Below, piece after piece: positions 9,337 to 17,787 of a stretch of DNA of 40,000 nucleotides (within the stretch, counting starts at the first letter, position 1; each line of letters starts with the position of its first letter). Both the position numbers and the translations under genes were made by a program. This DNA comes from Salinarchaeum sp. Harcht-Bsk1 (GTDB taxonomy: Archaea > Halobacteriota > Halobacteria > Halobacteriales > Salinarchaeaceae), in assembly GCF_000403645.1 (NCBI RefSeq), contig NC_021313.1, forward strand, positions 1,281,014-1,321,013, given 5' to 3'. Under the pieces are notes generated by a model. The model was not told where the DNA came from. It saw only the letters and a program-made list of their open reading frames with translations, and did not search any database.

Positions 9337-12026
9337 CCGACGAGCGGCCGCCAAAGCCCCACGCCCTATCGGTCGAACCCGACGGAATCCCGACCGCCCT
9401 CCGCGAGGACGGCGCGTGGCTCGTCTGGCGCTACGTCTGGCAGGAGGACCGCGAGCAGTGGGCCAAGGTCCCCTACCACGCCGATGGGGAGCACCGCGTC
9501 GACGCCACCGACCCCGCGAACGGCGTCGACTTCCCGGTCGCCCTGGCGACCTACAAACGCGGGACGTACGACGGGCTGGGCGTGATCACAGATCCGGACG
9601 ATCCGCACCTCGTATTCGACCTCGACGACGTCGTCGATCCCGAACGGCGCCACGAGTCACTCCCGGACCTCGTCCGAGAGATCGTCGAGGAGCTGGACAC
9701 CTACACCGAGTACTCCCCCTCGCAGACGGGCTACCACGTCTGGGTCGAGGGCGAGAAGCCGGGCGAGGCCTGCCGTTCGGACCTCCCCATCGACCCAGTG
9801 GTAGAAGGCGAGACACCGCACCTCGAACTGTACGACGGCAGCTCCGGCCGCTACATCACGGTAACGGGGCAGCACGTCTGCGGCACTCCCGAAACTGTCG
9901 AGCCGCGCCACGAGGTGACGAGGTCGCTCTACGACGAGTACCTCGGGGCCGCCGACGCACCCGACGGCCCGATCGACCAGCCCACACCGGGCAGGGACAA
10001 CAGCCTCGACGACGAGGACCTCCTCGAACGGGCGAAAGCGGCCAGTAACGGCGAGAAGTTCGAGCGGCTCTGGAACGGTGGCACAGCCGGCTATCCCAGC
10101 CAGAGCGAGGCCGACCTCGCGCTGTGCGGCCTACTCGCGTTCTGGACTGGCGGCGACCGGGAGCAGATGGACCGGCTGTTCCGGCAGTCGGGACTGTACC
10201 GAGAGAAGTGGGACGAACAGCGAGGCGACCGGACGTACGGCCAGCAAACGATCGTGAAGACGCTGCAGGGGAACACGGAGTTCTACGAGCCCCGCGACGG
10301 GAGTACGGGTTCACCGGTGAGCGGACCGGCCGACCACGTCTCGGAACCGCTCCTCGACGCGATCCGAGAAGCGCCGACCGACTGGATCGATCCGGACGCG
10401 CAGGCGTGGAGTGTCCGGGCAACCGAGGACTTCGGCGCCTCAGAAATCGCCAGCGCAGTTCGAAAGGGCGAGCTCCCGGGCGACGCCGATGACGCCATCG
10501 CCAGCGCGGTCATGGCCGGCAACTTCCCCGACGAGATCGGGGCGGCGTTCACAGCGTGGAACCGAAAACCCGACGAGTGGGACGTCGAGGTGGCGCGCTA
10601 CTTCGATCCCGGCGCGCTCGATCCCGGGGCCATCGCGGCGGACGCGGACGTGGACCCCGAGAATCTCGGCGGGCTGCCGGCGCGGGAACTGGCCCACCAC
10701 GTCTGGACGCGCGTTCGGCGCCGGGACGACGTCCACGTAGTCGCTCGCGTCGGTGAGCGCGGCGACGGCAGCCTCTTCAGTCACGATCCGGACACGGGGA
10801 CCTGGTCCGAGACGGGCGCTCCAAAGCTCCGTACTATCGCCAACGAAGCGCTCGGATCCGCGTACTCCAGATGTGTCGGCGACGAACTCGAAGAGCGCGT
10901 CCGGACGACCCGCGCGATCGACGAACCGAACGGGCAGGTCGACGTTGACGAGTTCGGTGCGCCAGTGGAAAGCCTCCCCGTCGCGAACGGACTCCTGGAG
11001 ATCGGCGGCCGGGAGCTCGGGCCCCTGGAGCCGACCGACTACGCGCTCGCGACCCTCCCCATCACGTACGATCCCGACGCGGACTGCCCGACGTTCGAGG
11101 CGTTCCTCGAAGAGGTGTGCCCGCGGTCGGTGGATCGCCAGAAGCTCCAGGAGTTCGTCGGCTACGCGCTCATGCACTGGGCGCTGCCCTACCACAAGGC
11201 GCTGTTCGTCGCGGGGCCCCAGGCCAGCGGCAAGTCGACGTTCCTCGACGTGGTCCGGCGCCTGCTCGGTCCGGAGACGACCTGCTCGCTCGCGCCCCAG
11301 GAGATTACGAGCGAGCGCTTCGCCGGGTACGACCTCTGGGGCGCCTGGGCGAACATCCGGTCGGACATCCCCGCGGAGCTCATCCAGAACACGGGTAAGT
11401 TCAAGGAGGTGACCGCGGGCGACCCGATCAAGGTCGAGCAGAAGCACAAGGACCCGATCACCATCGAGCCGACGGCCAAGCACTTCTTCGCCGCGAACAC
11501 CCTGCCCTCCGCGGAGATCGACGACGACGCGTTCTTCCGGCGGATCCTCATGGTTTCCTTCCCCCGCACCGTCCCCCGCTCCGAGCGAGATCCCCACCTG
11601 ATCGATGCCCTCGCGGACGAACTCCCCGGCATCTTGAACTGGGCGCTCGACGGCCTCGACCGGCTACGCGACCAGGGGCACTTCTCCGGCGACCTTCCAC
11701 CGGCAGAGACGCACGAGAAGTGGCAGACCTGGGGCGAGTCCATCCAGCGGTTCCTCCACCAGTGCGTCGACACCGACGTGGCCGCGACCGCCACCGTCCC
11801 CAAGGGCGACCTCTACGACGCGTACGTACGGTTCTGCGAGGAGGAGGGCATCCCCGCGGAGTCCAAACAGAAGTTCGGACGGGAGATCATGGGCAAGCCA
11901 GGGGTCGGCGAGAAGAACGCACGAAAGGATGGACGTCGCGTCCGGGTCTACACCGGCATCGAGTTAGACGAACGCCGCGTGACGGCAGAGCGCGAGGGCG
12001 ACCAGCGCGGACTGGGAGGGCACTAG
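9333..12026 (+). CDS. bifunctional primase-polymerase / D5-P4-type SF3 helicase
   Basis: 897 aa. PrimPol motifs LVFDLDDV and SPSQTGYHVWV. PriCT-like SQSEADLALCGLLAFWTGGDREQMDRLFRQSGLYREKWDE. SF3 helicase Walker A FVAGPQASGKSTF and Walker B-like region. Confidence 0.85.
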   Translation: MTDERPPKPHALSVEPDGIPTALREDGAWLVWRYVWQEDREQWAKVPYHADGEHRVDATDPANGVDFPVALATYKRGTYDGLGVITDPDDPHLVFDLDDVVDPERRHESLPDLVREIVEELDTYTEYSPSQTGYHVWVEGEKPGEACRSDLPIDPVVEGETPHLELYDGSSGRYITVTGQHVCGTPETVEPRHEVTRSLYDEYLGAADAPDGPIDQPTPGRDNSLDDEDLLERAKAASNGEKFERLWNGGTAGYPSQSEADLALCGLLAFWTGGDREQMDRLFRQSGLYREKWDEQRGDRTYGQQTIVKTLQGNTEFYEPRDGSTGSPVSGPADHVSEPLLDAIREAPTDWIDPDAQAWSVRATEDFGASEIASAVRKGELPGDADDAIASAVMAGNFPDEIGAAFTAWNRKPDEWDVEVARYFDPGALDPGAIAADADVDPENLGGLPARELAHHVWTRVRRRDDVHVVARVGERGDGSLFSHDPDTGTWSETGAPKLRTIANEALGSAYSRCVGDELEERVRTTRAIDEPNGQVDVDEFGAPVESLPVANGLLEIGGRELGPLEPTDYALATLPITYDPDADCPTFEAFLEEVCPRSVDRQKLQEFVGYALMHWALPYHKALFVAGPQASGKSTFLDVVRRLLGPETTCSLAPQEITSERFAGYDLWGAWANIRSDIPAELIQNTGKFKEVTAGDPIKVEQKHKDPITIEPTAKHFFAANTLPSAEIDDDAFFRRILMVSFPRTVPRSERDPHLIDALADELPGILNWALDGLDRLRDQGHFSGDLPPAETHEKWQTWGESIQRFLHQCVDTDVAATATVPKGDLYDAYVRFCEEEGIPAESKQKFGREIMGKPGVGEKNARKDGRRVRVYTGIELDERRVTAEREGDQRGLGGH

Positions 12027-12424
12027 CTGATGCGGCCTTCCTCCAGTCGTCACACGCGGCGAGTGATCGGATCATCCGCTCCAACGCAGTCCGGAACGGC
12101 CACCTCGACACACGCCGGGTCGTTTCACCGAGGCTGCTGCGGTACGCGAGGTACGGGCATCTACGGACCTTCGCGTGACGCGCGCGAACTCAGTACTGCC
12201 GATTGGGAGAACTTCTCCCTAATGGCCCGTACCACGCGTACCACCTCGGCTAGCGTACGCCGGTCGAACCTCGCTTGCGGATCGGAAACCACGCAGCACT
12301 CCGTGACCAGCTGTTTGCCGACTCCGACCACCAGCCCGTGGCCGAATGGAGCAGGGAGCATCCGAATCTCCCGCAGTGGCCTGGGTGGGAGCGGCACCCG
12401 CCACGGAGCAACTCAACGCAACTC

Positions 12425-12988
12425 ATGACCGACGACACTCCCGACTACAGCGCACTGGAACCGCCGGACGGGAAGGCGCCACAGGAGTACACGCACCACG
12501 AACGGCGGGCGGCAATCTTGCGCCACCTGATCGAGGTGGGCTCACCAGCTGGCGTGACGCAGGCTCGCCTCGCGGAGCGATACGGCGTCCACGAGTCGAC
12601 GATCTCGCGTGACATGGACCGGCTGCGGGAGTCCGTCGGCGAGCACCTCGGGACGGAGGCGAAGTTTACGACGCGAACGCTGTACTACCACGTCGTCGAG
12701 GAGCTCCTTGCCGCCGACGACTGGAGGGCGACCAAGGCGGCCTGGGACGTTGCCATGGACTGGAACGAGTGGCTGGCGGAGATCGGCGAGCAGCGCCGGG
12801 AACCCGACCGCTCCGAGGTCGACGTGGACATGCGCTCGCGAGCGGTCGATGTCGAGTACACGGTCGTCCGGGAGGGCGACGACGACCTGCCGACGACGGC
12901 TGACGGCTCGCCGGACCACGCGGCGCTGGGGTTCACCGCGGCACCGGCGGTGCCCGAGGAGACGGGCCAGGAGGCGTGCGATGAGTGA
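12425..12988 (+). CDS. winged-HTH DNA-binding protein (regulator or small-terminase candidate)
   Basis: Starting from ATG 12425: ...HERRAAILRHLIEVGSPAGVTQARLAERYGVHESTISRDMDRLRE (HTH). It ends in an ATGAGTGA overlap with the terminase start. The position upstream of terL suggests, but does not prove, a TerS role. Confidence 0.55.
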   Translation: MTDDTPDYSALEPPDGKAPQEYTHHERRAAILRHLIEVGSPAGVTQARLAERYGVHESTISRDMDRLRESVGEHLGTEAKFTTRTLYYHVVEELLAADDWRATKAAWDVAMDWNEWLAEIGEQRREPDRSEVDVDMRSRAVDVEYTVVREGDDDLPTTADGSPDHAALGFTAAPAVPEETGQEACDE

Positions 12989-14246
12989 GACCGGAGAGGA
13001 CGACACCGCCGTCCAGCGGCGAATCCTCCGGTCGCTGTGGGAGCCTCACCCGGGGCAACGCGCCATCATGGCCCACCCGGCGCGGTTCCGCGTGGTCGCC
13101 TGTGGCCGCCGGTGGGGCAAGTCCGAGATGTGCGCCCACCTCGCGCTCGAACACGCCCTGGAGCACCCGGGGAGCACCGTCTGGTGGGTCGCGCCCACGT
13201 ACGATCAGGCCAACGAGTTCGGCTTCGACAAGGTCAAGCCGCTGCTCTCGACGACAGTGCTCGCGGACGATCCCAAGCGCACCAAGCCCCGGGAGTTCGT
13301 ACTGACCAACGGCAGCACCGTGTCGTTCCGGAGCGCGGAGCGCGAGGACAGTCTGCGCGGGGGTGGTGTCGACTTCTTGGTGATCGACGAGAGCGGGAGC
13401 GTCCCTGATCGAGCCTGGACCGACGAACTCCGCCCGGCGCTCTCCGATACGGAAGGCGACGCCGTGTTCGTCGGCACGCCGAAGGGACGGAATTGGTTCC
13501 ACCAGTGGTTCCAGCGGGGCCAGTCCGCAGACCACCCCGAGGTGGCGAGCTGGCAGGCGCCGACTATCCAGAACCCCCACGTCCCCGACGAGGAGGTCGA
13601 GGCCGCCCGGGAGGACATGCCCGAGCGCGTGTTCGAGCAGGAGTACCGCGCGCAGTTCGTCGACGACACCGGCGGCGTGTTTCGGAACGTCCGCGAGCAG
13701 GTCGAGGACTACGACCTGCCGGTCGCCCCCGCCGACTGTGAGGCGCCCTTCGCGATCGGCGTGGACCTTGCGCGCCTCCAGAACTGGACCGTCGCCGTGG
13801 TACTGGACGACCGGGGGACGGTGGTAGCGTTCGAGCGGCTCCAGCAGACGACGTGGTCGCGAATCCAGCAGACCATCGAGCAGCTCGCTGGGCGCTACGA
13901 CCCGGCGACGGTCGCCCTCGACGCATCGCGGGACAACAAGATCGTCCAGGACCTCGCGGACGCCGGCTTGGCGACGGAGCCAGTGCGTTTCACCCCGGCG
14001 AAGAAGCGCACACTCGTCGAGAATCTGGCGACGGCTCTCGAGATCGACGAGTTGACGCTCTCGTCAGACGCGACCCCTCTGGTGAACGAACTCGAGGTGT
14101 ACGAGTACGAGGCGACCGAGAGTGGTCAGATCCGGTACACGGCTCCATCAGGCTTCCACGATGACTGCGTGGACGCGCTGGCGCTCGCGGAGTGGGCTCG
14201 ATCGAACGCTCGACGTGAGCCGATTCAGGTCCCCAGTACCTGGTAA
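12981..14246 (+). CDS. terL: terminase large subunit
   Basis: Starting from ATG 12981 (421 aa): Walker A-like ACGRRWGKSE, Walker B DFLVIDESGS, then RNaseH-like nuclease Asp motifs FAIGVDLA and FHDDCVDALALA. The upstream 124 codons of the track ORF are Arg-rich read-through. Confidence 0.8.
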   Translation: MSETGEDDTAVQRRILRSLWEPHPGQRAIMAHPARFRVVACGRRWGKSEMCAHLALEHALEHPGSTVWWVAPTYDQANEFGFDKVKPLLSTTVLADDPKRTKPREFVLTNGSTVSFRSAEREDSLRGGGVDFLVIDESGSVPDRAWTDELRPALSDTEGDAVFVGTPKGRNWFHQWFQRGQSADHPEVASWQAPTIQNPHVPDEEVEAAREDMPERVFEQEYRAQFVDDTGGVFRNVREQVEDYDLPVAPADCEAPFAIGVDLARLQNWTVAVVLDDRGTVVAFERLQQTTWSRIQQTIEQLAGRYDPATVALDASRDNKIVQDLADAGLATEPVRFTPAKKRTLVENLATALEIDELTLSSDATPLVNELEVYEYEATESGQIRYTAPSGFHDDCVDALALAEWARSNARREPIQVPSTW

Positions 14247-14409
14247 AAGTCGTTTCCTGATCGACTGGTGGTGACGTATGGGGAAAAAGAAACAGACGGA
14301 TTTACACATTCATTATTGTACTGCAATTTTATCTTTACACGTCCAACATTGTCCCATGCCAGTGCGCTTCCATCACAGGACCAACATAATATCTGCGGAT
14401 TCCTCAACT
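14247..14409. other. AT-rich convergent intergenic junction between the GC-rich provirus-like module and the lower-GC cargo
   Basis: terL (+) stops at 14246 and queC (-) stops at 14410. The segment is the most A/T-rich stretch nearby (tttacacattcattattgtactgcaattttatctttacac). ggggaaaaagaaac gives a T-run on the minus strand, which could act as an archaeal oligo-T terminator for queC. Confidence 0.4.
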
Positions 14410-15096
14410 TCATTGACGATCCACCCGGCTCTCGTACTCTATTGGATCTTCAGCCCCTACGTTCTGGAACGCCTCTAGCCTGAACGCGCATGAATCACAG
14501 GTGCCACATGCCGGCTCCTCGCTTCGGTAGCAACTCCAAGTCAGCTCATAGGGCACGCCCAGTTCGAGGCCGCGTTCGGCGATATCCGTCTTCGACCACT
14601 CGACGAACGGCGCGATGAGGTCGATTTTCGTCTCGGGTTTCGTTCCGACATCTATGACCTGCTGGAACGCCTCGAAGAATTCCGGCCGGCAGTCCGGATA
14701 GCCGGCGAAATCCTCGGAGTGAGCGCCGATGAACAGGGCCCTACAGTCGCTGGCCTCGGCGTAGGAGACTGCCATCGAGAGCAGGTTCGCGTTCCGGAAG
14801 GGGACGTACGATGTTGGAATCCCCTCGGCGTCGGGATCGGCTTCGGCGACGTCGATTTCGTCGTCAGTCAGACTGGAGTCGCCGATCGCCGAGAGATGTT
14901 CGGTGGCAACGTGGAGGAAGTCGGCAGCTTCGACCTCTTCTGCGAGCGCCCGAGCACACTCGAGTTCTTTGTCTTCGGTCTCCTGGCCGTAGGAGGTGTG
15001 TAGGAAGTAGGGTTCGTACCCCCGATGGATCGCCTCGTAGACGGCCGTCGCGCTGTCCATTCCGCCAGAAACCAGGATGACTGCGTTCTCGCTCAT
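14410..15096 (-). CDS. queC: 7-cyano-7-deazaguanine (preQ0) synthase
   Basis: 228 aa. PP-loop VILVSGGMDSAT, YVPFRNANLL, and the C-terminal Zn cluster CYRSEEPACGTCDSCAFR. ATGA overlap with folE. Confidence 0.9.
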   Translation of the reverse strand: MSENAVILVSGGMDSATAVYEAIHRGYEPYFLHTSYGQETEDKELECARALAEEVEAADFLHVATEHLSAIGDSSLTDDEIDVAEADPDAEGIPTSYVPFRNANLLSMAVSYAEASDCRALFIGAHSEDFAGYPDCRPEFFEAFQQVIDVGTKPETKIDLIAPFVEWSKTDIAERGLELGVPYELTWSCYRSEEPACGTCDSCAFRLEAFQNVGAEDPIEYESRVDRQ

Positions 15097-15701
15097 AGGT
15101 TACTGAGTACGTTGTCGAACTGCGTTCGGTCACAGTCGTTGGGATCCCCTGCAGTCGCTCGCGAGGTCGTCTCCGTTCGGGTCTCGACGCCTCGCATCGC
15201 TTCGCAGAGATGCGTCGCGGACACCTCGACGATCACGGATTCCGGGTCGAGTTCGTCCTGTAGCCCTTCGGCGATGTCCGCCGTCAGGCCCTCTTGGGTG
15301 GCGAGTCGCCGTGACTGCCAGCGGACGTACCGTGGGAGTTTCGAGAGACCGACGATCTCCTCGCCGGGGCGGTAGCCGATGTGGGCCACGCCGAAGAACG
15401 GGAGCATGTGGTGTTCACAGAGGCTGTAGATGGGGATCTCCGTCTTGACGACGAGTTCGTCGGTATCGGCCCCGAACGTTCGAAGGTCGGGTTTGGCGGT
15501 CTCGCGCGTTCCCTCAGTCAGTGTCTCCATCATCGCAGGGACGCGGCGATCCCACGTTTCCGCCAAGGGGGCCTTTTCGGGTTCCTCGCCGATTGCCTCA
15601 AGCAGGAGTCTCGTCCCCCGCCGAGCCTTCTCGAGGTCGATCTCGCTGTCCTCCACCGGATCGGCCGTCGTCTCCTCGTACTGAAGCTGATTGTCGGTCA
15701 T
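15093..15701 (-). CDS. folE: GTP cyclohydrolase I (FolE, type IA)
   Basis: 202 aa. SLCEHHMLPFFGVAHIGYRP, VGLSKLPR and VEVSATHLCEAMRGV are canonical FolE active-site segments. Confidence 0.85.
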   Translation of the reverse strand: MTDNQLQYEETTADPVEDSEIDLEKARRGTRLLLEAIGEEPEKAPLAETWDRRVPAMMETLTEGTRETAKPDLRTFGADTDELVVKTEIPIYSLCEHHMLPFFGVAHIGYRPGEEIVGLSKLPRYVRWQSRRLATQEGLTADIAEGLQDELDPESVIVEVSATHLCEAMRGVETRTETTSRATAGDPNDCDRTQFDNVLSNL

Positions 15702-16478
15702 CTATGTCCCCGGCGCGTCGTTCCAGAGGTCGACGTGCAACCGTGGCGTGTATCGGTAGCCGTGGTCCTGTGCGAGCTCCGCCACCGTTCCCCGCCGCTC
15801 GTCGAGTTCCTCGCGTGTCATTCCTTCCGGCATGAGCAGAACGTCGTTGTTCTCGATCTCTGTATCCGCCGTCTCCCGGAGCCGAACGAGCAGGTCCTCG
15901 ATCTCGGCCATGTCGTCGGGCCCGGTAACCACGAACTTGAGTTGGCTGTCGTAGGCGTCGACGAGGTCGGACAACGTGTCCACGTCGATCCGACGGTTCT
16001 CGTGGCGCTCCGCCCACTCGCCCGCTCCCTTCGGATCCAGTTCCTCGGTGGGCGTGGAACTGGCGAGTTTCGGGCTAATGCTCGCGAGATCGATGGGCGC
16101 GTCACGGTAGATCGTGCCATTTGTCTCCACGGTCGTATGGAAGCCGCGATCGGCGAGTTCCTCTAGCAGTTCCTCTGTGTCGTCGTGGATCATCGGCTCG
16201 CCGCCAGTAACGACGACGTGTTCTGCCGCGTCAAACTCCGCGATCTGCTCGACGAGTTTATCGATCGTCAACCAGGCACCGGTGGGTTCCCAGGAAGTGT
16301 GGTAGGAGTCACAGAACCAACAGCGGAGGTTACACCCCGACGTCCGCACGAAGACGGAGGGGACGCCCGCGAGCTTACCCTCGCCCTGGAGGGAGTAGAA
16401 GAGCTCGTTGATAGGGAGTGCTGCTGCCTCGGGCGTGTCCTCCGAACCGACGTCACTGACGTCCGTAGCGACCGGCAT
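15702..16478 (-). CDS. queE: 7-carboxy-7-deazaguanine synthase (radical SAM)
   Basis: Starting from ATG 16478 (258 aa): INELFYSLQGEGKLAGVPSVFVRTSGCNLRCWFCDS (C-x3-C-x2-C) and VVVTGGEP. TGATG overlap with the queD stop. The 109-codon Arg-rich extension of the track ORF is rejected. Confidence 0.85.
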   Translation of the reverse strand: MPVATDVSDVGSEDTPEAAALPINELFYSLQGEGKLAGVPSVFVRTSGCNLRCWFCDSYHTSWEPTGAWLTIDKLVEQIAEFDAAEHVVVTGGEPMIHDDTEELLEELADRGFHTTVETNGTIYRDAPIDLASISPKLASSTPTEELDPKGAGEWAERHENRRIDVDTLSDLVDAYDSQLKFVVTGPDDMAEIEDLLVRLRETADTEIENNDVLLMPEGMTREELDERRGTVAELAQDHGYRYTPRLHVDLWNDAPGT

Positions 16479-16939
16479 CAGTATGTGGCACAGAGTTCGC
16501 CGGTCTCTCGAACGGTGACCGAGGCATTCGAGACGTTCTCGGGGAGTTCCTCTTCGAGTTCCCGTTCGAGCTCGAGGGACATCACCTCCGCCGTGGGTGG
16601 ATGATCCAGGAGTAGGAGGCTCTCCCCTTCGCCGGCTTCTTCGAACGCTTTCGCCAACGGATCGGATTTCTCGAGCAAGAACCGGTGGTCCCACTCGTCG
16701 ATGATGTCGGTGACGATCCCCTTGTCGACGACCCACCCTTCCATGGTGAGCGTTCCAGTCACCTCGATCGTGATCTCGTAGTTGTGCCCGTGCGGACGCG
16801 AGCACTTGCCATCGTGGTGGCGAATCCGGTGGCCGGTACTGATTCTGATCGGGGAATCGCCCCCGATTCGGAGAGTACGCTCCCCGGCTTCGGCCAGTTC
16901 GATATTACTTGAGGCCGCTTCGGATAATCCTCGGGGCAT
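16478..16939 (-). CDS. queD: 6-carboxy-5,6,7,8-tetrahydropterin synthase
   Basis: 153 aa. The PTPS-fold Zn/active-site motif CSRPHGHNYEITIEV, and WDHRFLL. Confidence 0.85.
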   Translation of the reverse strand: MPRGLSEAASSNIELAEAGERTLRIGGDSPIRISTGHRIRHHDGKCSRPHGHNYEITIEVTGTLTMEGWVVDKGIVTDIIDEWDHRFLLEKSDPLAKAFEEAGEGESLLLLDHPPTAEVMSLELERELEEELPENVSNASVTVRETGELCATY

Positions 16940-17074
16940 ATCCCAGGATCATCTAGCAGTCCAATAAAGGTACCGCGACCTGTTGAACGGCGGATAGAAG
17001 CGCGTTCGTTCACAGCCTGGAGAATGCCCAGCGCTGGCACCCACTCTTTTGGTCTCCTTCCTCCAAGAATATCC
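16940..17074. promoter_or_regulatory. divergent promoter region between the que operon (-) and the RHH/GIY-YIG pair (+)
   Basis: 135-bp gap between the two divergent start codons. Contains the A/T-rich box caataaagg. An RHH repressor gene sits immediately on one side. Confidence 0.3.
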
Positions 17075-17248
17075 ATGGCGAAAGTGAGCGTCGAGATCCC
17101 CGATGAACTGTTAGAGGACCTCGATGAACACGTTGGTGAGGGAAAGAAATTCGTCAACCGAAGCGAAGCAATTCGAGGATCTATCCGGAAGACGCTGGAC
17201 ATCTTCGACGACATCGATGAGCGGCAGGGGAGGATCGAAGAGAGTTGA
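17075..17248 (+). CDS. ribbon-helix-helix (CopG/Arc family) DNA-binding protein
   Basis: Starting from ATG 17075 (57 aa): MAKVSVEIPDELLEDLDEHVGEGKKFVNRSEAIRGSIRKTL. This is a beta-strand (VSVEIP) followed by two helices with the N-R-S-E-x-I-R pattern typical of RHH. Confidence 0.65.
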   Translation: MAKVSVEIPDELLEDLDEHVGEGKKFVNRSEAIRGSIRKTLDIFDDIDERQGRIEES

Positions 17249-17254
17249 ACACTC

Positions 17255-17779
17255 ATGAATTTGTCATCTATCCCTACCGAATCCGGCGTATACTGTATGT
17301 TTGATCTTGACGGCGCGCCAGCTTATGCCGGACAGACCAGTAACATCAGGAGTCGATTACGACAACACTTCATACGCCAGGACTCGAGCGTTTCCAGTTA
17401 CGGTCGTCTCGATCCATGGGACATTGCCTCCGTAAGTTGGTGGACAACTGAGCGGTGCGATCCAGCGGAACAAGAATTGCTGACTACGTTCCAACCCTAT
17501 CTGAACTTCTCTGCGGAGAGCGATACACCACCGTTGTCAACCGATATCAGTCTTGATTCACCTGATGGGACCTTTGCCCTCATGTCTGATCAAGAGCAGG
17601 AGTTCCGGAGGCAGCCGTATAACCGAGTCAAACAGAAAATGGAGCACATCAACCGGATGGTAGATAAGATTAAATACGCCGATCACAGCGACGACACCCG
17701 TCGGACGCTGTACGAGCACAAACGCATTTTGGAAGAGAATCTTCAGGAATTCCTCGGTGTCGATGAGATGCCCGGGTGA
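17255..17779 (+). CDS. GIY-YIG domain nuclease
   Basis: 174 aa. GVYCMFDLDGAPAYAGQTSNIRSRLRQH matches GIY-(x9-11)-YxG with the conserved downstream Arg-x3-H/E. Starts 6 bp after the RHH gene. Confidence 0.6.
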   Translation: MNLSSIPTESGVYCMFDLDGAPAYAGQTSNIRSRLRQHFIRQDSSVSSYGRLDPWDIASVSWWTTERCDPAEQELLTTFQPYLNFSAESDTPPLSTDISLDSPDGTFALMSDQEQEFRRQPYNRVKQKMEHINRMVDKIKYADHSDDTRRTLYEHKRILEENLQEFLGVDEMPG

Positions 17780-17787
17780 TGGGCGGA

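Noticed and set aside
9260-10048. 262-aa Arg-rich ORF, and several other ORFs (for example 10440..11597 minus), overlapping the primase-helicase
   Set aside because: Shadow frames of a GC-rich gene. No motifs, basic composition, and the 9333..12026 frame explains the region.
12027-12424. 398-bp gap between primase-helicase and the HTH gene, examined for a small gene (for example 12161..12397 minus, 78 aa), iterons or an origin
   Set aside because: Candidate ORFs are basic or Ser-rich and overlap one another in several frames. I could not find convincing direct or inverted repeats by eye. Left unannotated; an origin or a regulatory RNA is not excluded.
14225-14483. Small ORFs (62-71 aa) in the AT-rich seam; also checked for a third att copy or a tRNA fragment
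   Set aside because: The ORFs are Cys/Leu/Ile-rich and unlike anything else in the window, and they overlap the queC 3' end. No similarity to the 176-bp att repeats and no cloverleaf-like structure were seen.
15702-16805. Long (367-aa) version of the queE ORF
   Set aside because: The first 109 codons are Arg/His-rich and completely overlap queD. QueE homology starts at the ATG at 16478, which forms a TGATG junction with the queD stop.
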